Made by a program: the position numbers and the translations under genes. From an uncultured Ruminococcus sp. (GTDB taxonomy: Bacteria > Bacillota > Clostridia > UBA1212 > UBA1255): a DNA stretch of 48,722 nucleotides. The notes beneath the pieces are model-generated. The model was not told the DNA's origin, did not search any database, and worked only from the letters and a program-made list of their open reading frames with translations. The DNA lies in the NCBI GenBank assembly GCA_902796205.1, contig CADBOE010000053.1:1-48722 (forward strand), given 5' to 3'. Positions 33,858 to 42,328 of this stretch are shown one piece after another (position 1 is the first letter of the stretch; every line of letters begins with the position of its first letter).

Positions 33858-35942
33858 ATGGATAAGATCAGGCCGAGTTACAGAAAAGCCAGCTGGTCGG
33901 GCGAATGTTTTATTCAGGAGAACGGGCAAATAAAGCTCGTTTGGTATAAAAGACTGAGCGGATGGGGCTTCTGCGAGATCTATAACGGCGACGGAAAGCT
34001 GCTTGCCGTGCTCGACCATCTCGGAGAAGCGATGGTGAGAGATCAGGAGATCCCGATGAGGCTCGAATCCGAAACTTATTCAATGAGCCGCGAGGAGGGA
34101 AGAAGCGTCGTGAGCTTCGACGTAAAATCGATGGTCGTCCAGAAGCTGCTCGACGGCACTTCGTTCGCTCCGTGGATGCACTATCCTTTTACCGCTCCCG
34201 TTTTCGAGGGTACCGTCACCGTAACGCTTGAGGACGGTTCACCTGAAGTCCTGTTCAGCATGCGGCTGAAGGCAAGGGAGAACGTGTATCTACGTTATCT
34301 GCGCGCCCCCTGGATTAAAGTGGGATGCGATTCGTTCGGCGCGGATAAGACGGACGCCATTTTCCCCGGGATCGACTGGGCTACCGGACGCGAGTGGTCC
34401 AGCGGCAACGACTGGTTCCGTTATCCGTGGTCTGAGAAATACGCTCCGTACATAAATAAAGTTTCCATCCCGTGCATGGTCGTTTCACACGACGGAGACG
34501 CAATCGGCCTTTCGTGGGATCCCGACCGCTGGGCGGCCCGCTGGTTCAATTACAAAGAACACGTGCCGCAGCCCGTATTCGCCGCTCCGAATTTTATTGA
34601 CCGCGACGACAATTCTCTGATCGGCCTGATGCTTCCGTCGGCGGAAGGCGCGAAGGATGAAAATCAGATCTACGCCGAGCCGCCCATGGAAGTTCACCTT
34701 GACGAGCAGTTCAGGATCGACGCAAATATAATTATCTGCAAAGGCAATTCCGCGGATCTGATCGCTTCATACGTGAAAAGAAAAGGATTGCCGGCCGTAG
34801 CCGGCATGGAAAGCGCGGGAACGTATGAAGAGATATTGAAAAAGATCGCTTTTCATTTCAACTCAAATCTGTGGGACGACGAAAAAGGCTTCGGCTATCC
34901 GCAAAAGAACGCGTATTCGTTCGGCGTGCCGCACTGTCTGAGACGGTTTGTGAAGGAGTTCCCGGATGACCCGAGCGCCGCCGGCCTCAGATCGAAGATA
35001 GCCGTATGTGACGGGAAATCGCGATCCGGCGGAGGCGCGGGGAAAGCGCGCGATATTGAAGCGGAGATAGCATCGCTGACCGCCAGAACGCGCGACGTAA
35101 TAAAGGATCAGAAGGAAGACGGAACCTTCAGATTCGAGCCCGACGGCAGGCATTACGCGAAAGACGATTTTACCGTGGCGAGAATATTCGCCGAGCCGAT
35201 GGGCGCCGACGGAGATACGGCTCTGGATATGAACACGCTGCCGGCTATTTCTCTTCTGGGCGTCGCGGCGAGGCTGAGAGAACTCGGCGCGCCGGAGGAG
35301 GCTGTTTCGGAAGCCGCGGACGCTGCTCTGCGGGCACTGGACGCGTGCATGGATCTGATCCGCCCCGAGGGAGGGGATTTCTGGGAAACGCCGCTGCATG
35401 CCGCAAATCTTTTCGCCGCCGGTCACGCCGCGATAGCCTTCGAGCTCGCTCACAGGTTCACGGGCGAACGAAAATACAGGGAGAAGGCGGTCTACTGGAT
35501 CAGAACGCTGCTTCCTTTTACGCACCTGTGGGAGCCCCGGGATAAAAAGATGATCTACAACACGAAACCCTGCTTCTGCTCGAGCGATTGGTATTTTGCG
35601 AACTGGGTGCGCGATCACGTTCAGTGGGAGGTACTGGCCGTATTCAACCAGTCCGCAGGAGCGGGCATCGACTGGTCCCGTGTCGATACGGAGATCGACT
35701 GGCTCAGATATCAGCAAGGAATCACGCTTGCGGCCGCGCGCTGGATGATCGATCATAAGAAGGAAAACTGGATGCCGCACAATATTCCGGACACGTACGC
35801 GGATTACTCGGAAGGCGCTTTCGACGGCTGCTTCCCGGATACGCACAACAGCGTGACCGGAAACTACGGAGGAATGTTCATATCGCCGTCCGCCATAGCC
35901 GACAACCTGTTCACCATTCTTGATTTAATGAAGAACAAATGA
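33858..35942 (+). CDS. Cytoplasmic protein of unknown function, N-terminal beta-sandwich plus helical (alpha/alpha)6-like C-terminal half; putative glycoside hydrolase
   Basis: No signal peptide. The ATG at 33858 lies 9 nt after AGGAG. The C-terminal half is helix-rich (AANLFAAGHAAIAFELAHRFTGERKYREKAVYWIRTL). The call rests on context next to the sugar transporter, with no family motif recognised. Confidence 0.5.
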   Translation: MDKIRPSYRKASWSGECFIQENGQIKLVWYKRLSGWGFCEIYNGDGKLLAVLDHLGEAMVRDQEIPMRLESETYSMSREEGRSVVSFDVKSMVVQKLLDGTSFAPWMHYPFTAPVFEGTVTVTLEDGSPEVLFSMRLKARENVYLRYLRAPWIKVGCDSFGADKTDAIFPGIDWATGREWSSGNDWFRYPWSEKYAPYINKVSIPCMVVSHDGDAIGLSWDPDRWAARWFNYKEHVPQPVFAAPNFIDRDDNSLIGLMLPSAEGAKDENQIYAEPPMEVHLDEQFRIDANIIICKGNSADLIASYVKRKGLPAVAGMESAGTYEEILKKIAFHFNSNLWDDEKGFGYPQKNAYSFGVPHCLRRFVKEFPDDPSAAGLRSKIAVCDGKSRSGGGAGKARDIEAEIASLTARTRDVIKDQKEDGTFRFEPDGRHYAKDDFTVARIFAEPMGADGDTALDMNTLPAISLLGVAARLRELGAPEEAVSEAADAALRALDACMDLIRPEGGDFWETPLHAANLFAAGHAAIAFELAHRFTGERKYREKAVYWIRTLLPFTHLWEPRDKKMIYNTKPCFCSSDWYFANWVRDHVQWEVLAVFNQSAGAGIDWSRVDTEIDWLRYQQGITLAAARWMIDHKKENWMPHNIPDTYADYSEGAFDGCFPDTHNSVTGNYGGMFISPSAIADNLFTILDLMKNK

Positions 35943-35948
35943 TAGAAT
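35920..35948 (+). promoter_or_regulatory. Candidate metA promoter overlapping the upstream stop codon
   Basis: TTGATT (35920-35925), 17 nt, TAGAAT (35943-35948) preceded by TGa. This is the same extended -10 string TGATAGAAT seen at the ferredoxin promoter. Confidence 0.45.
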
Positions 35949-36009
35949 GAAACCGTCCGGCGCGGTTGTCCGCGACGTACGGACAGGTCTATGAAACGGA
36001 GAAACCAGA

Positions 36010-36957
36010 ATGCCGATCAAGATACCGGATAACCTTCCGGCAAAAGAAACGTTAAGGAACGAACACGTTTTCGTGATGGACGAGGCGATGGCGTTCAGGC
36101 AGGACATACGTCCTCTGAGGATCGCCATAATGAACCTCATGCCCACGAAGATTGTCACGGAAACCCAGCTTTTAAGGCTGCTGAGCAACACGCCGCTGCA
36201 GCTTGAAATAATACTTCTTCATCCCGGAACGTACGAGTCGAAAAACACCCCCGCGAGCCATATGGAGGCGTTTTACAAGACATTTGACGACGTGCGGGAC
36301 GAGAATTTCGACGGATTGATCATAACCGGGGCGCCGGTCGAGAATCTTGAGTTCGAGGAGGTCAAATACTGGCCGGAGCTTTGCCGTCTGATGAAATGGT
36401 CGAAGGAGCACGTCACGTCCACCCTGCACATATGCTGGGGCGCGCAGGCCGGAATGTATTATCATTACGGAGTTCCGAAAAAGGATCTCGGCGAAAAGCT
36501 GTTCGGCGTGTTTCCTCATTACGTCCTGAACAGGCGCACGAGGCTGATGAGAGGCTTTGACGACGTTTTCTACGTGCCGCATTCGAGATATACCGGTACC
36601 GATCCGGCGGACGTCATCCGCGTCCCGGAGCTCGACGTTCTCGCCATGTCCGACAGAGCCGGTATCTGTATATGCGCTTCCGCCGACAGACGGCAGATCT
36701 TCGTGACGGGCCATCTCGAATATGACAGGGAGACGCTTAAACTCGAATACGAGCGGGACGTTGAAAAGGGGATCGATATCAGAATCCCGGAGAATTATTT
36801 TCCGCAGAACGATCCTTCAAAGCGCCCCTATCACCAGTGGAGAAGCCACGCGTATCTTCTTTACGCGAACTGGCTGAATTATTACGTGTACCAGGCGACT
36901 CCGTACAATCTTTCGGAGCTGAGCCTCGATTTCAAACCCGACCGGAAGGGCGAATGA
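36010..36957 (+). CDS. metA: Homoserine O-acyltransferase (MetA family)
   Basis: [23 protein letters not shown]...[26 protein letters not shown] and [11 protein letters not shown] (active-site Cys) are canonical MetA motifs. Confidence 0.9.
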   Translation: MPIKIPDNLPAKETLRNEHVFVMDEAMAFRQDIRPLRIAIMNLMPTKIVTETQLLRLLSNTPLQLEIILLHPGTYESKNTPASHMEAFYKTFDDVRDENFDGLIITGAPVENLEFEEVKYWPELCRLMKWSKEHVTSTLHICWGAQAGMYYHYGVPKKDLGEKLFGVFPHYVLNRRTRLMRGFDDVFYVPHSRYTGTDPADVIRVPELDVLAMSDRAGICICASADRRQIFVTGHLEYDRETLKLEYERDVEKGIDIRIPENYFPQNDPSKRPYHQWRSHAYLLYANWLNYYVYQATPYNLSELSLDFKPDRKGE

Positions 36958-36996
36958 CGCGGTCCTGACGACGCGCGCAGACGAAGGGAGCGGCCA

Positions 36997-38589
36997 ATGA
37001 ACGAACCGGCTGTCGAAAGGGAAGGCGATATTTCCCGCGAAAAAAGAAAAGTATTTGTCCGCCGCGACGTCAAAGGCTATCTGGTATTTTTCGGGGCGAT
37101 GCTCGCCGTTGCGCTTGTCGTAGTATGCATACTGACGCTGATTCCCGGCAGGAATCCCGGCTTGCGCACGGACGGGGAAAACGGGCTCGGACGCAGCTTT
37201 GCCTTTCCGTTCACGTTCTACGACGCCGGCGGCAATCTTTTCGTGCTCGAAAACGCCGAATCCGATCCGGTACCCGTCGACGACTCCGTAAATTCCGCGC
37301 TGCATCACGCGTCAAAGGCGAAAATATATTATCTGCGCGAAAATACGCTTTACGAATACGATATCGCCTCGAAAAAGCGCGCGCCGGTCGCTTCGGACGC
37401 GGCCTCTTATTCGATATCGCCGGACGCATCGTTTATCGTCTATTCCCGCCCGGACGGCGCCGTCTGCTACGCGAGCGGAAATAAATCGGTCGTGCTTTCC
37501 GGCTCGTCGGAAACCGATCCCGGAAACAGCTACGTCATCGGAAAGAACGTCGTGCTGTTCGTCAGGGAATGCGACGTTGCCTCCGGAACGGCCGAGCTCT
37601 GCACGTACACGAGCGGCGGCGGGACGAAGCTGATCGCCGAAGGGATATCGTATATGGAAGGATTCGGTATTGCCTCCGGAGACAGGAATATATTTTACAG
37701 GCGCGGCGGCGTGCTTTACGTTACCGACGCGGCGGGCAACATTATCGCCGAAGCCGGCGGCGCTCTTCCGGTGCCGGCAACGAAGCAGGCGATGCTGTAC
37801 GAGCCTACGACCCGCGTGCGAAACCTCGACGGCAATACGTCCGTCAGATTCCTTTTCAACGAAACCGGAAGGAACGCAGACGAAACGGCTCCGGCGACGA
37901 ATTCGGCCGTGTCCGCCGGCTCGCTCTCGTATTTTGACGGAAAAAACGTTCTTCCCCTGGCCGGGGAACTTAAACGGGTAATATATTGCGCTCCCGATCA
38001 CAGCTTCCTGCTGTACAGCATTCCCGAAGGCGGCGGCGAACGCGTGTTCCGCGCCGGAAAGAACGGGAAGAAGGAGCAGCTGCTGCTTCTCGAAGACGTT
38101 TCAAAAATGCTTTTCGACAGCAATTCCGACAATCTCTACTTCCAGAAAAGCAGCGGAGCTTTGTACCGGTTCAACGTTTACAGCGTGAAGAACGAACCGC
38201 AGCTCGTTTCGGAATCCTCCGCCATGCTTTACAAATATCCCGAAAAGCCCTTCATTATGTTCACTGTACCCGAATCCGGACTGATCGGGCTCGTGCACAG
38301 CAGCAATTCGGTGCAGCAGTTCGACTCCGGCTCTGAACTCAGACTGTACGGGATAAACGAGGACAAATATCTGCTGCTCCGCAGCTACGGCTACGGCAGG
38401 ATATCCCTCGATATGGCGGAATCCGAATATCTCACGAGGATATCACAGGATATCGGAGCGGACGTATTTTTCGACGGAAAACTTGAAACGGTAATATACA
38501 ATTCGGGAAGCGACCTGTTCATCACGTCCGGAGGAAAAACAAGGTGCCTCGGACAGTACGAAAAAATCAGGGCCGCAGACGTGGCGTGA
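36997..38589 (+). CDS. Type II membrane protein with repetitive beta-rich ectodomain (beta-propeller-like), unknown function
   Basis: Charged N-terminus, TM YLVFFGAMLAVALVVVCILTLI, then a ~470-aa ectodomain with recurring hydrophobic-Tyr/Phe strand patterns (IYYLRENTLYEYD, IVYSRPDGAVCYA, IFYRRGGVLYVTD, LYFQKSSGALYRF). Confidence 0.55.
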   Translation: MNEPAVEREGDISREKRKVFVRRDVKGYLVFFGAMLAVALVVVCILTLIPGRNPGLRTDGENGLGRSFAFPFTFYDAGGNLFVLENAESDPVPVDDSVNSALHHASKAKIYYLRENTLYEYDIASKKRAPVASDAASYSISPDASFIVYSRPDGAVCYASGNKSVVLSGSSETDPGNSYVIGKNVVLFVRECDVASGTAELCTYTSGGGTKLIAEGISYMEGFGIASGDRNIFYRRGGVLYVTDAAGNIIAEAGGALPVPATKQAMLYEPTTRVRNLDGNTSVRFLFNETGRNADETAPATNSAVSAGSLSYFDGKNVLPLAGELKRVIYCAPDHSFLLYSIPEGGGERVFRAGKNGKKEQLLLLEDVSKMLFDSNSDNLYFQKSSGALYRFNVYSVKNEPQLVSESSAMLYKYPEKPFIMFTVPESGLIGLVHSSNSVQQFDSGSELRLYGINEDKYLLLRSYGYGRISLDMAESEYLTRISQDIGADVFFDGKLETVIYNSGSDLFITSGGKTRCLGQYEKIRAADVA

Positions 38590-38593
38590 GGCT

Positions 38594-39889
38594 ATGAAGC
38601 ATTTTTACGGAAAACGAAAACGACATACGGGAAGACGTCCGGGGGCGGTTTGCCTCGCGGCCGTGCTTGCGATCCAGTGCGCCGCTGCCGGATGCGCCGT
38701 GACCGCCGATCCCTCGTTTCCTCCCGTGACCGTAAGCGCGCTCCCGACTCCCTCAGCCACGGCCGATTCGCACGTGATCGTCACCGACCAGCCCCAGGTG
38801 ACGTCGCAGTCCGAAGCTCCGATTTCATTCACGGATATCAATTTTGAAAACGCCGTGAGGGAGACTCTCGGAAGAAGCATCGGCGGCATATACCCGTCGG
38901 ATCTCGAAAACATAACCGTGTTCAGCGCGAGGGTGAGCGGCATCATCAACATTAAGGAGATATCGTATTTCAAATCTCTCGAGGAGCTCGACCTCATGGG
39001 CAACAGGATCAACGATCTTTCGCCGGTCAGCTCGCTTAAAAATCTGAAAAAGCTGAACGTCTCAAAGAATTTCACCGTAATGACCGGAGACAGGGAAAAG
39101 GGCCTCGACATATCGCCGCTCGGCGCGCTGCCGAGACTCGAATGGCTCGACGCGTCGAACGATCTGATCACCGATATTTCGGCTCTCGGCTCGCTCTCTT
39201 CGCTGAAATGGCTCGATATTCAGAACAACAGGCTCTCCGACGTGACCGGCCTATCCGGGTGCGTTTCTCTTGAATATCTCAATATTTCCGACAGCTACAG
39301 GATCGACCCGGACAAAAGCGAAGGCGGCATACGGGATCTCGCCGGTCTCGAAAATCTCGTGAAGCTAAAGACGCTCCACATGCGCAACGGCCTCGTGCAG
39401 TCGCTCGAACCGCTGTCCGGTCTCAGCGAACTCGAATACGTCGACGCTTCGTACAATCTGATGCGCGCCGTGCCTGATCTTTCGGGAATGTCGTCGCTCG
39501 GGACGCTGATTTTGAAATTCAACAGCATCATATCGCTTGAAGGGCTCGCCGGACAGTCTACCGTAACTATTCTCGACGTAAGAAACAATTTTATCCGCAC
39601 CTGCGACGAAATACTTGAAATGCCAGCGCTCGAAACGGTATATCTCGACGGCAATCCTATCATAGATACCCGGCCGATAGACGTTTTCGAGGCGATAAAA
39701 AACGGAACGTACGTTCCCACACCCGCTCCTGAAAACACTGACTTTCCGGACGGCACGGGAGGCACTGAAGGCGCTGAAGCTGCGGAAAACGGCGGGAGCG
39801 CGCCGGCGACGCCGGAGGCCCCGGCCGGAGCGCCATCCGGAGCGCCCGCGGACAAAATGCCCGGCGGCGAATCACCCGTGAACAAATAA
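38594..39889 (+). CDS. Leucine-rich-repeat (internalin-like) lipoprotein
   Basis: Lipobox AAAGCAV. About 10 LRR units of ~22 aa (LEELDLMGNRINDLSPVSSLKNLKKLNVS, LEWLDASNDLITDISALGSLSSLKWLDIQNNRLSDV...). Pro/Ala/Gly-rich tail. Confidence 0.8.
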   Translation: MKHFYGKRKRHTGRRPGAVCLAAVLAIQCAAAGCAVTADPSFPPVTVSALPTPSATADSHVIVTDQPQVTSQSEAPISFTDINFENAVRETLGRSIGGIYPSDLENITVFSARVSGIINIKEISYFKSLEELDLMGNRINDLSPVSSLKNLKKLNVSKNFTVMTGDREKGLDISPLGALPRLEWLDASNDLITDISALGSLSSLKWLDIQNNRLSDVTGLSGCVSLEYLNISDSYRIDPDKSEGGIRDLAGLENLVKLKTLHMRNGLVQSLEPLSGLSELEYVDASYNLMRAVPDLSGMSSLGTLILKFNSIISLEGLAGQSTVTILDVRNNFIRTCDEILEMPALETVYLDGNPIIDTRPIDVFEAIKNGTYVPTPAPENTDFPDGTGGTEGAEAAENGGSAPATPEAPAGAPSGAPADKMPGGESPVNK

Positions 39890-39901
39890 GGATCCCCAAA
39901 A

Positions 39902-40897
39902 ATGAAAACGAGCAAAGCCGACCGCGGCAGATTCAAAAAAAAACCCTCTGAGAAGGCTCAGGAGGCGCCGAAGCCCGAAACGGGATACTCCGGTCACATA
40001 CAGTGGTTCCCCGGCCATATGGCCAAAGCGAGGCGCATTCTCGCTGAGGCTATCTCGAAGGTGGACGCCGTGATCGAGCTCCGTGACGCCAGAACGCCTC
40101 TTTCGTCCGAAAATCCGGAGATCGGAAGGCTGCTCGGCACGAAGCCGCGACTCGTTGCCGCAAATAAATCCGACCTCGCGGATCCCGCTGTTACGGAAGC
40201 TTTTGTTCGGAAATATGCCGCAGCCGGCCTGCGCCTCATCCCCGTCAATTCCCGTGATCAGTCCGGCGTCAGGGACGTAAGGCTGGCTCTTATGGAGCTC
40301 ATGGCCGAAAAAATCGGCAGGAAGCAGGACAGGGGCATAAAAACGTACACCGTAAAAACGATGGTCGTAGGCATACCGAACGTGGGCAAATCCACTTTCA
40401 TAAACCGAATGTGCGGACGCGCCGCGGCAGTCACCGGAGACAGGCCCGGAGTTACGCGCGGCGGCCAGTGGCTGCGTGTTGACGACGGGATAATGCTTCT
40501 CGACACTCCCGGCCTTTTATGGCCTAAATTCGACGATCAGCTGATCGGCTTCCGGCTCGCTTCCACGGGAGCGATAAAGGATGACGTGCTCGACCGGGCG
40601 GAAATAGCGTCGTTTCTGCTGCTCTATCTGCTGGATAACTATCCTGGCACGCTCGGAGCGAAATACGGGATCGACGAGGCCGCTCTGCTCGCCGGCGGGG
40701 CGTCGTCGGATGATTCGGTCGTTCTTTCGCGGCTCGGCACCGTGGGCTATCCCGCGCTTGAAGCGACCGCGCTCAAAAGAGGCTGCCTGCTGAAGGGCGG
40801 CAGACCGGACGTCGAACGCGCCTGCGCGCTGGTGCTCGACGATTTCAGGGGCGGAAGGCTCGGAAGAATATCACTTGAGAGGCCGTCGGATGACTGA
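39902..40897 (+). CDS. rbgA: Ribosome biogenesis GTPase A (YlqF/RbgA), with a ~30-aa Lys-rich N-terminal extension
   Basis: IQWFPGHMAKARR, and circularly permuted G motifs (NKSDL before GIPNVGKSTFIN, then DTPG). Confidence 0.9.
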   Translation: MKTSKADRGRFKKKPSEKAQEAPKPETGYSGHIQWFPGHMAKARRILAEAISKVDAVIELRDARTPLSSENPEIGRLLGTKPRLVAANKSDLADPAVTEAFVRKYAAAGLRLIPVNSRDQSGVRDVRLALMELMAEKIGRKQDRGIKTYTVKTMVVGIPNVGKSTFINRMCGRAAAVTGDRPGVTRGGQWLRVDDGIMLLDTPGLLWPKFDDQLIGFRLASTGAIKDDVLDRAEIASFLLLYLLDNYPGTLGAKYGIDEAALLAGGASSDDSVVLSRLGTVGYPALEATALKRGCLLKGGRPDVERACALVLDDFRGGRLGRISLERPSDD

Positions 40898-41534
40898 GGA
40901 ACGGTTTTACGAACTGACCGCATACGAGCGGAAGCTAAACGCGGACGGCATAAAGATCATCGCCGGACTTGACGAGGCCGGCAGGGGACCACTTGCCGGG
41001 CCCGTCGCCGCCGGATGCGTTATATTTCCCTCATCGGGACCTTTTCCGCACGCGGACGACTCGAAAAAGCTTTCGCCGCGCCGCAGGGATCAGCTTTATG
41101 ATGAAATTACGGCGTGCGCTCTCGGCTGGGGAGTCGGGCTCGCCGGCAGCGAGGAGATCGACGGCGTGAATATATTGCAGGCAACCTATCTTGCGATGCG
41201 CAGAGCTGTCGAGGCGGCCGTGGCGGACGCTGCGGAGAAGGCTCCGTCGGCCGGCGCTCCGGAAATAATTCTTGTGGATCACGTCCGAGTGCCGGACCTT
41301 ATTATCGAGCAGCTTCCGGTCACTCACGGCGACGCCCTCTCGGTAACGATCGGCGCGGCTTCGATCGTCGCCAAGGTCACGCGTGACAGGATCATGGAAG
41401 AATACGACGCGATATATCCCGGATACGGGTTCGCCGCGCACAAGGGCTACGGCACCGCCGCGCATTACGCCGCGATCAGGGAGCTCGGGATTTCTCCGAT
41501 CCACAGAAAAACGTTTCTGAAAACGCTCCATTGA
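40890..41534 (+). CDS. rnhB: Ribonuclease HII
   Basis: GLDEAGRGPLAGPV, DSKKLS and LAMRRAV motifs. The ATG at 40890 overlaps the rbgA end by 8 nt. The rbgA-rnhB synteny matches Bacillus. Confidence 0.9.
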   Translation: MTEERFYELTAYERKLNADGIKIIAGLDEAGRGPLAGPVAAGCVIFPSSGPFPHADDSKKLSPRRRDQLYDEITACALGWGVGLAGSEEIDGVNILQATYLAMRRAVEAAVADAAEKAPSAGAPEIILVDHVRVPDLIIEQLPVTHGDALSVTIGAASIVAKVTRDRIMEEYDAIYPGYGFAAHKGYGTAAHYAAIRELGISPIHRKTFLKTLH

Positions 41535-41580
41535 TATTATTGATATTATTGATGCTGCCGGTATTGCTGCCGGTACGGAA
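41532..41580. repeat. Two adjacent short tandem repeats in the rnhB-engB spacer
   Basis: TGATATTAT TGATATTAT TGAT (period 9, 2.4 copies) is followed immediately by GCTGCCGGTATT GCTGCCGGTA (period 12, 1.8 copies). Confidence 0.6.
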
Positions 41581-41590
41581 GGCGGCCACT

Positions 41591-42181
41591 ATGACAGTCA
41601 GAAATCCGAAATTCATTATTTCAGCGGTGAGACCGGAACAGTATCCCGAAACGGATATGCTCGAGATAGCGTTCGCCGGAAGATCGAACGCGGGAAAATC
41701 CTCCCTGATAAATGCGCTCACCGGCCGGAAGAGGCTCGCTTACAGCGGCAGCACGCAGGGAATGACGCGGCAGATAAATTTTTATGATATCGACGGCGAG
41801 ATGACGTTCGTCGATCTTCCCGGATACGGCTACGCGGCGGTATCGAAGGATCAGAAGGAGCTGTGGGGCAGGGTCGTTGAAAACTATCTGAACGTGAGAC
41901 CGCAGCTGTATATGGTCATTCTTCTTCTTGACGTCCGGAGGGATCCCGGAAGCGACGACGTAATGATGTACGAATGGATAAGACGCTCCGGGCTGGCGCA
42001 CGCGCTGGTGCTTACGAAATGCGACAAGCTTTCGAGAATGAAAGTCGCCGAGAGGCGGGCGGCCATCATACGTCAGCTTTCTCCCGAGGCGGAGCCGAGG
42101 ATCTTTCCGGTCTCGTCCGCGGAAAGAACGGGAATAGATGAATTGTGGGCGGAGATCGACCGCGTGTTTTCGGACGACTGA
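41591..42181 (+). CDS. engB: Ribosome biogenesis GTP-binding protein YihA/YsxC (EngB)
   Basis: G1 GRSNAGKSSLINAL, G3 DLPGYG, G4 TKCDK. The ATG at 41591 is preferred because the track's TTG 41531 start would add a hydrophobic, repeat-encoded extension. Confidence 0.9.
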   Translation: MTVRNPKFIISAVRPEQYPETDMLEIAFAGRSNAGKSSLINALTGRKRLAYSGSTQGMTRQINFYDIDGEMTFVDLPGYGYAAVSKDQKELWGRVVENYLNVRPQLYMVILLLDVRRDPGSDDVMMYEWIRRSGLAHALVLTKCDKLSRMKVAERRAAIIRQLSPEAEPRIFPVSSAERTGIDELWAEIDRVFSDD

Positions 42182-42229
42182 CGCGCCCGCACGGCGCTTT
42201 CCGCGGCACTCTTCGCAGCTCCCGCAGCC

Positions 42230-42259
42230 TTGACGCCTCTGCCGCGCGTGTAGTAAAAT
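42230..42259 (+). promoter_or_regulatory. Candidate lysA promoter
   Basis: TTGACG (42230-42235), 18 nt, TAAAAT (42254-42259). Confidence 0.4.
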
Positions 42260-42328
42260 ACGGCCGGATGCCGGCGGACGCAACGACCGCGCCGGCGTCC
42301 GCCGCAATACGGAAGCGAGGTTTTCAGG

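Noticed and set aside
35943-36009. SAM riboswitch upstream of metA
   Set aside because: Only 67 nt are available and I saw no S-box conserved blocks. A compact SAM class cannot be fully excluded without a covariance search.
42182-42328. Second lysine riboswitch or T-box upstream of lysA
   Set aside because: None of the L-box blocks (AGAGGNGC, GCCGAAG, ACTGTCA, GGAGAG) is present, and the leader is far too short for a T-box.
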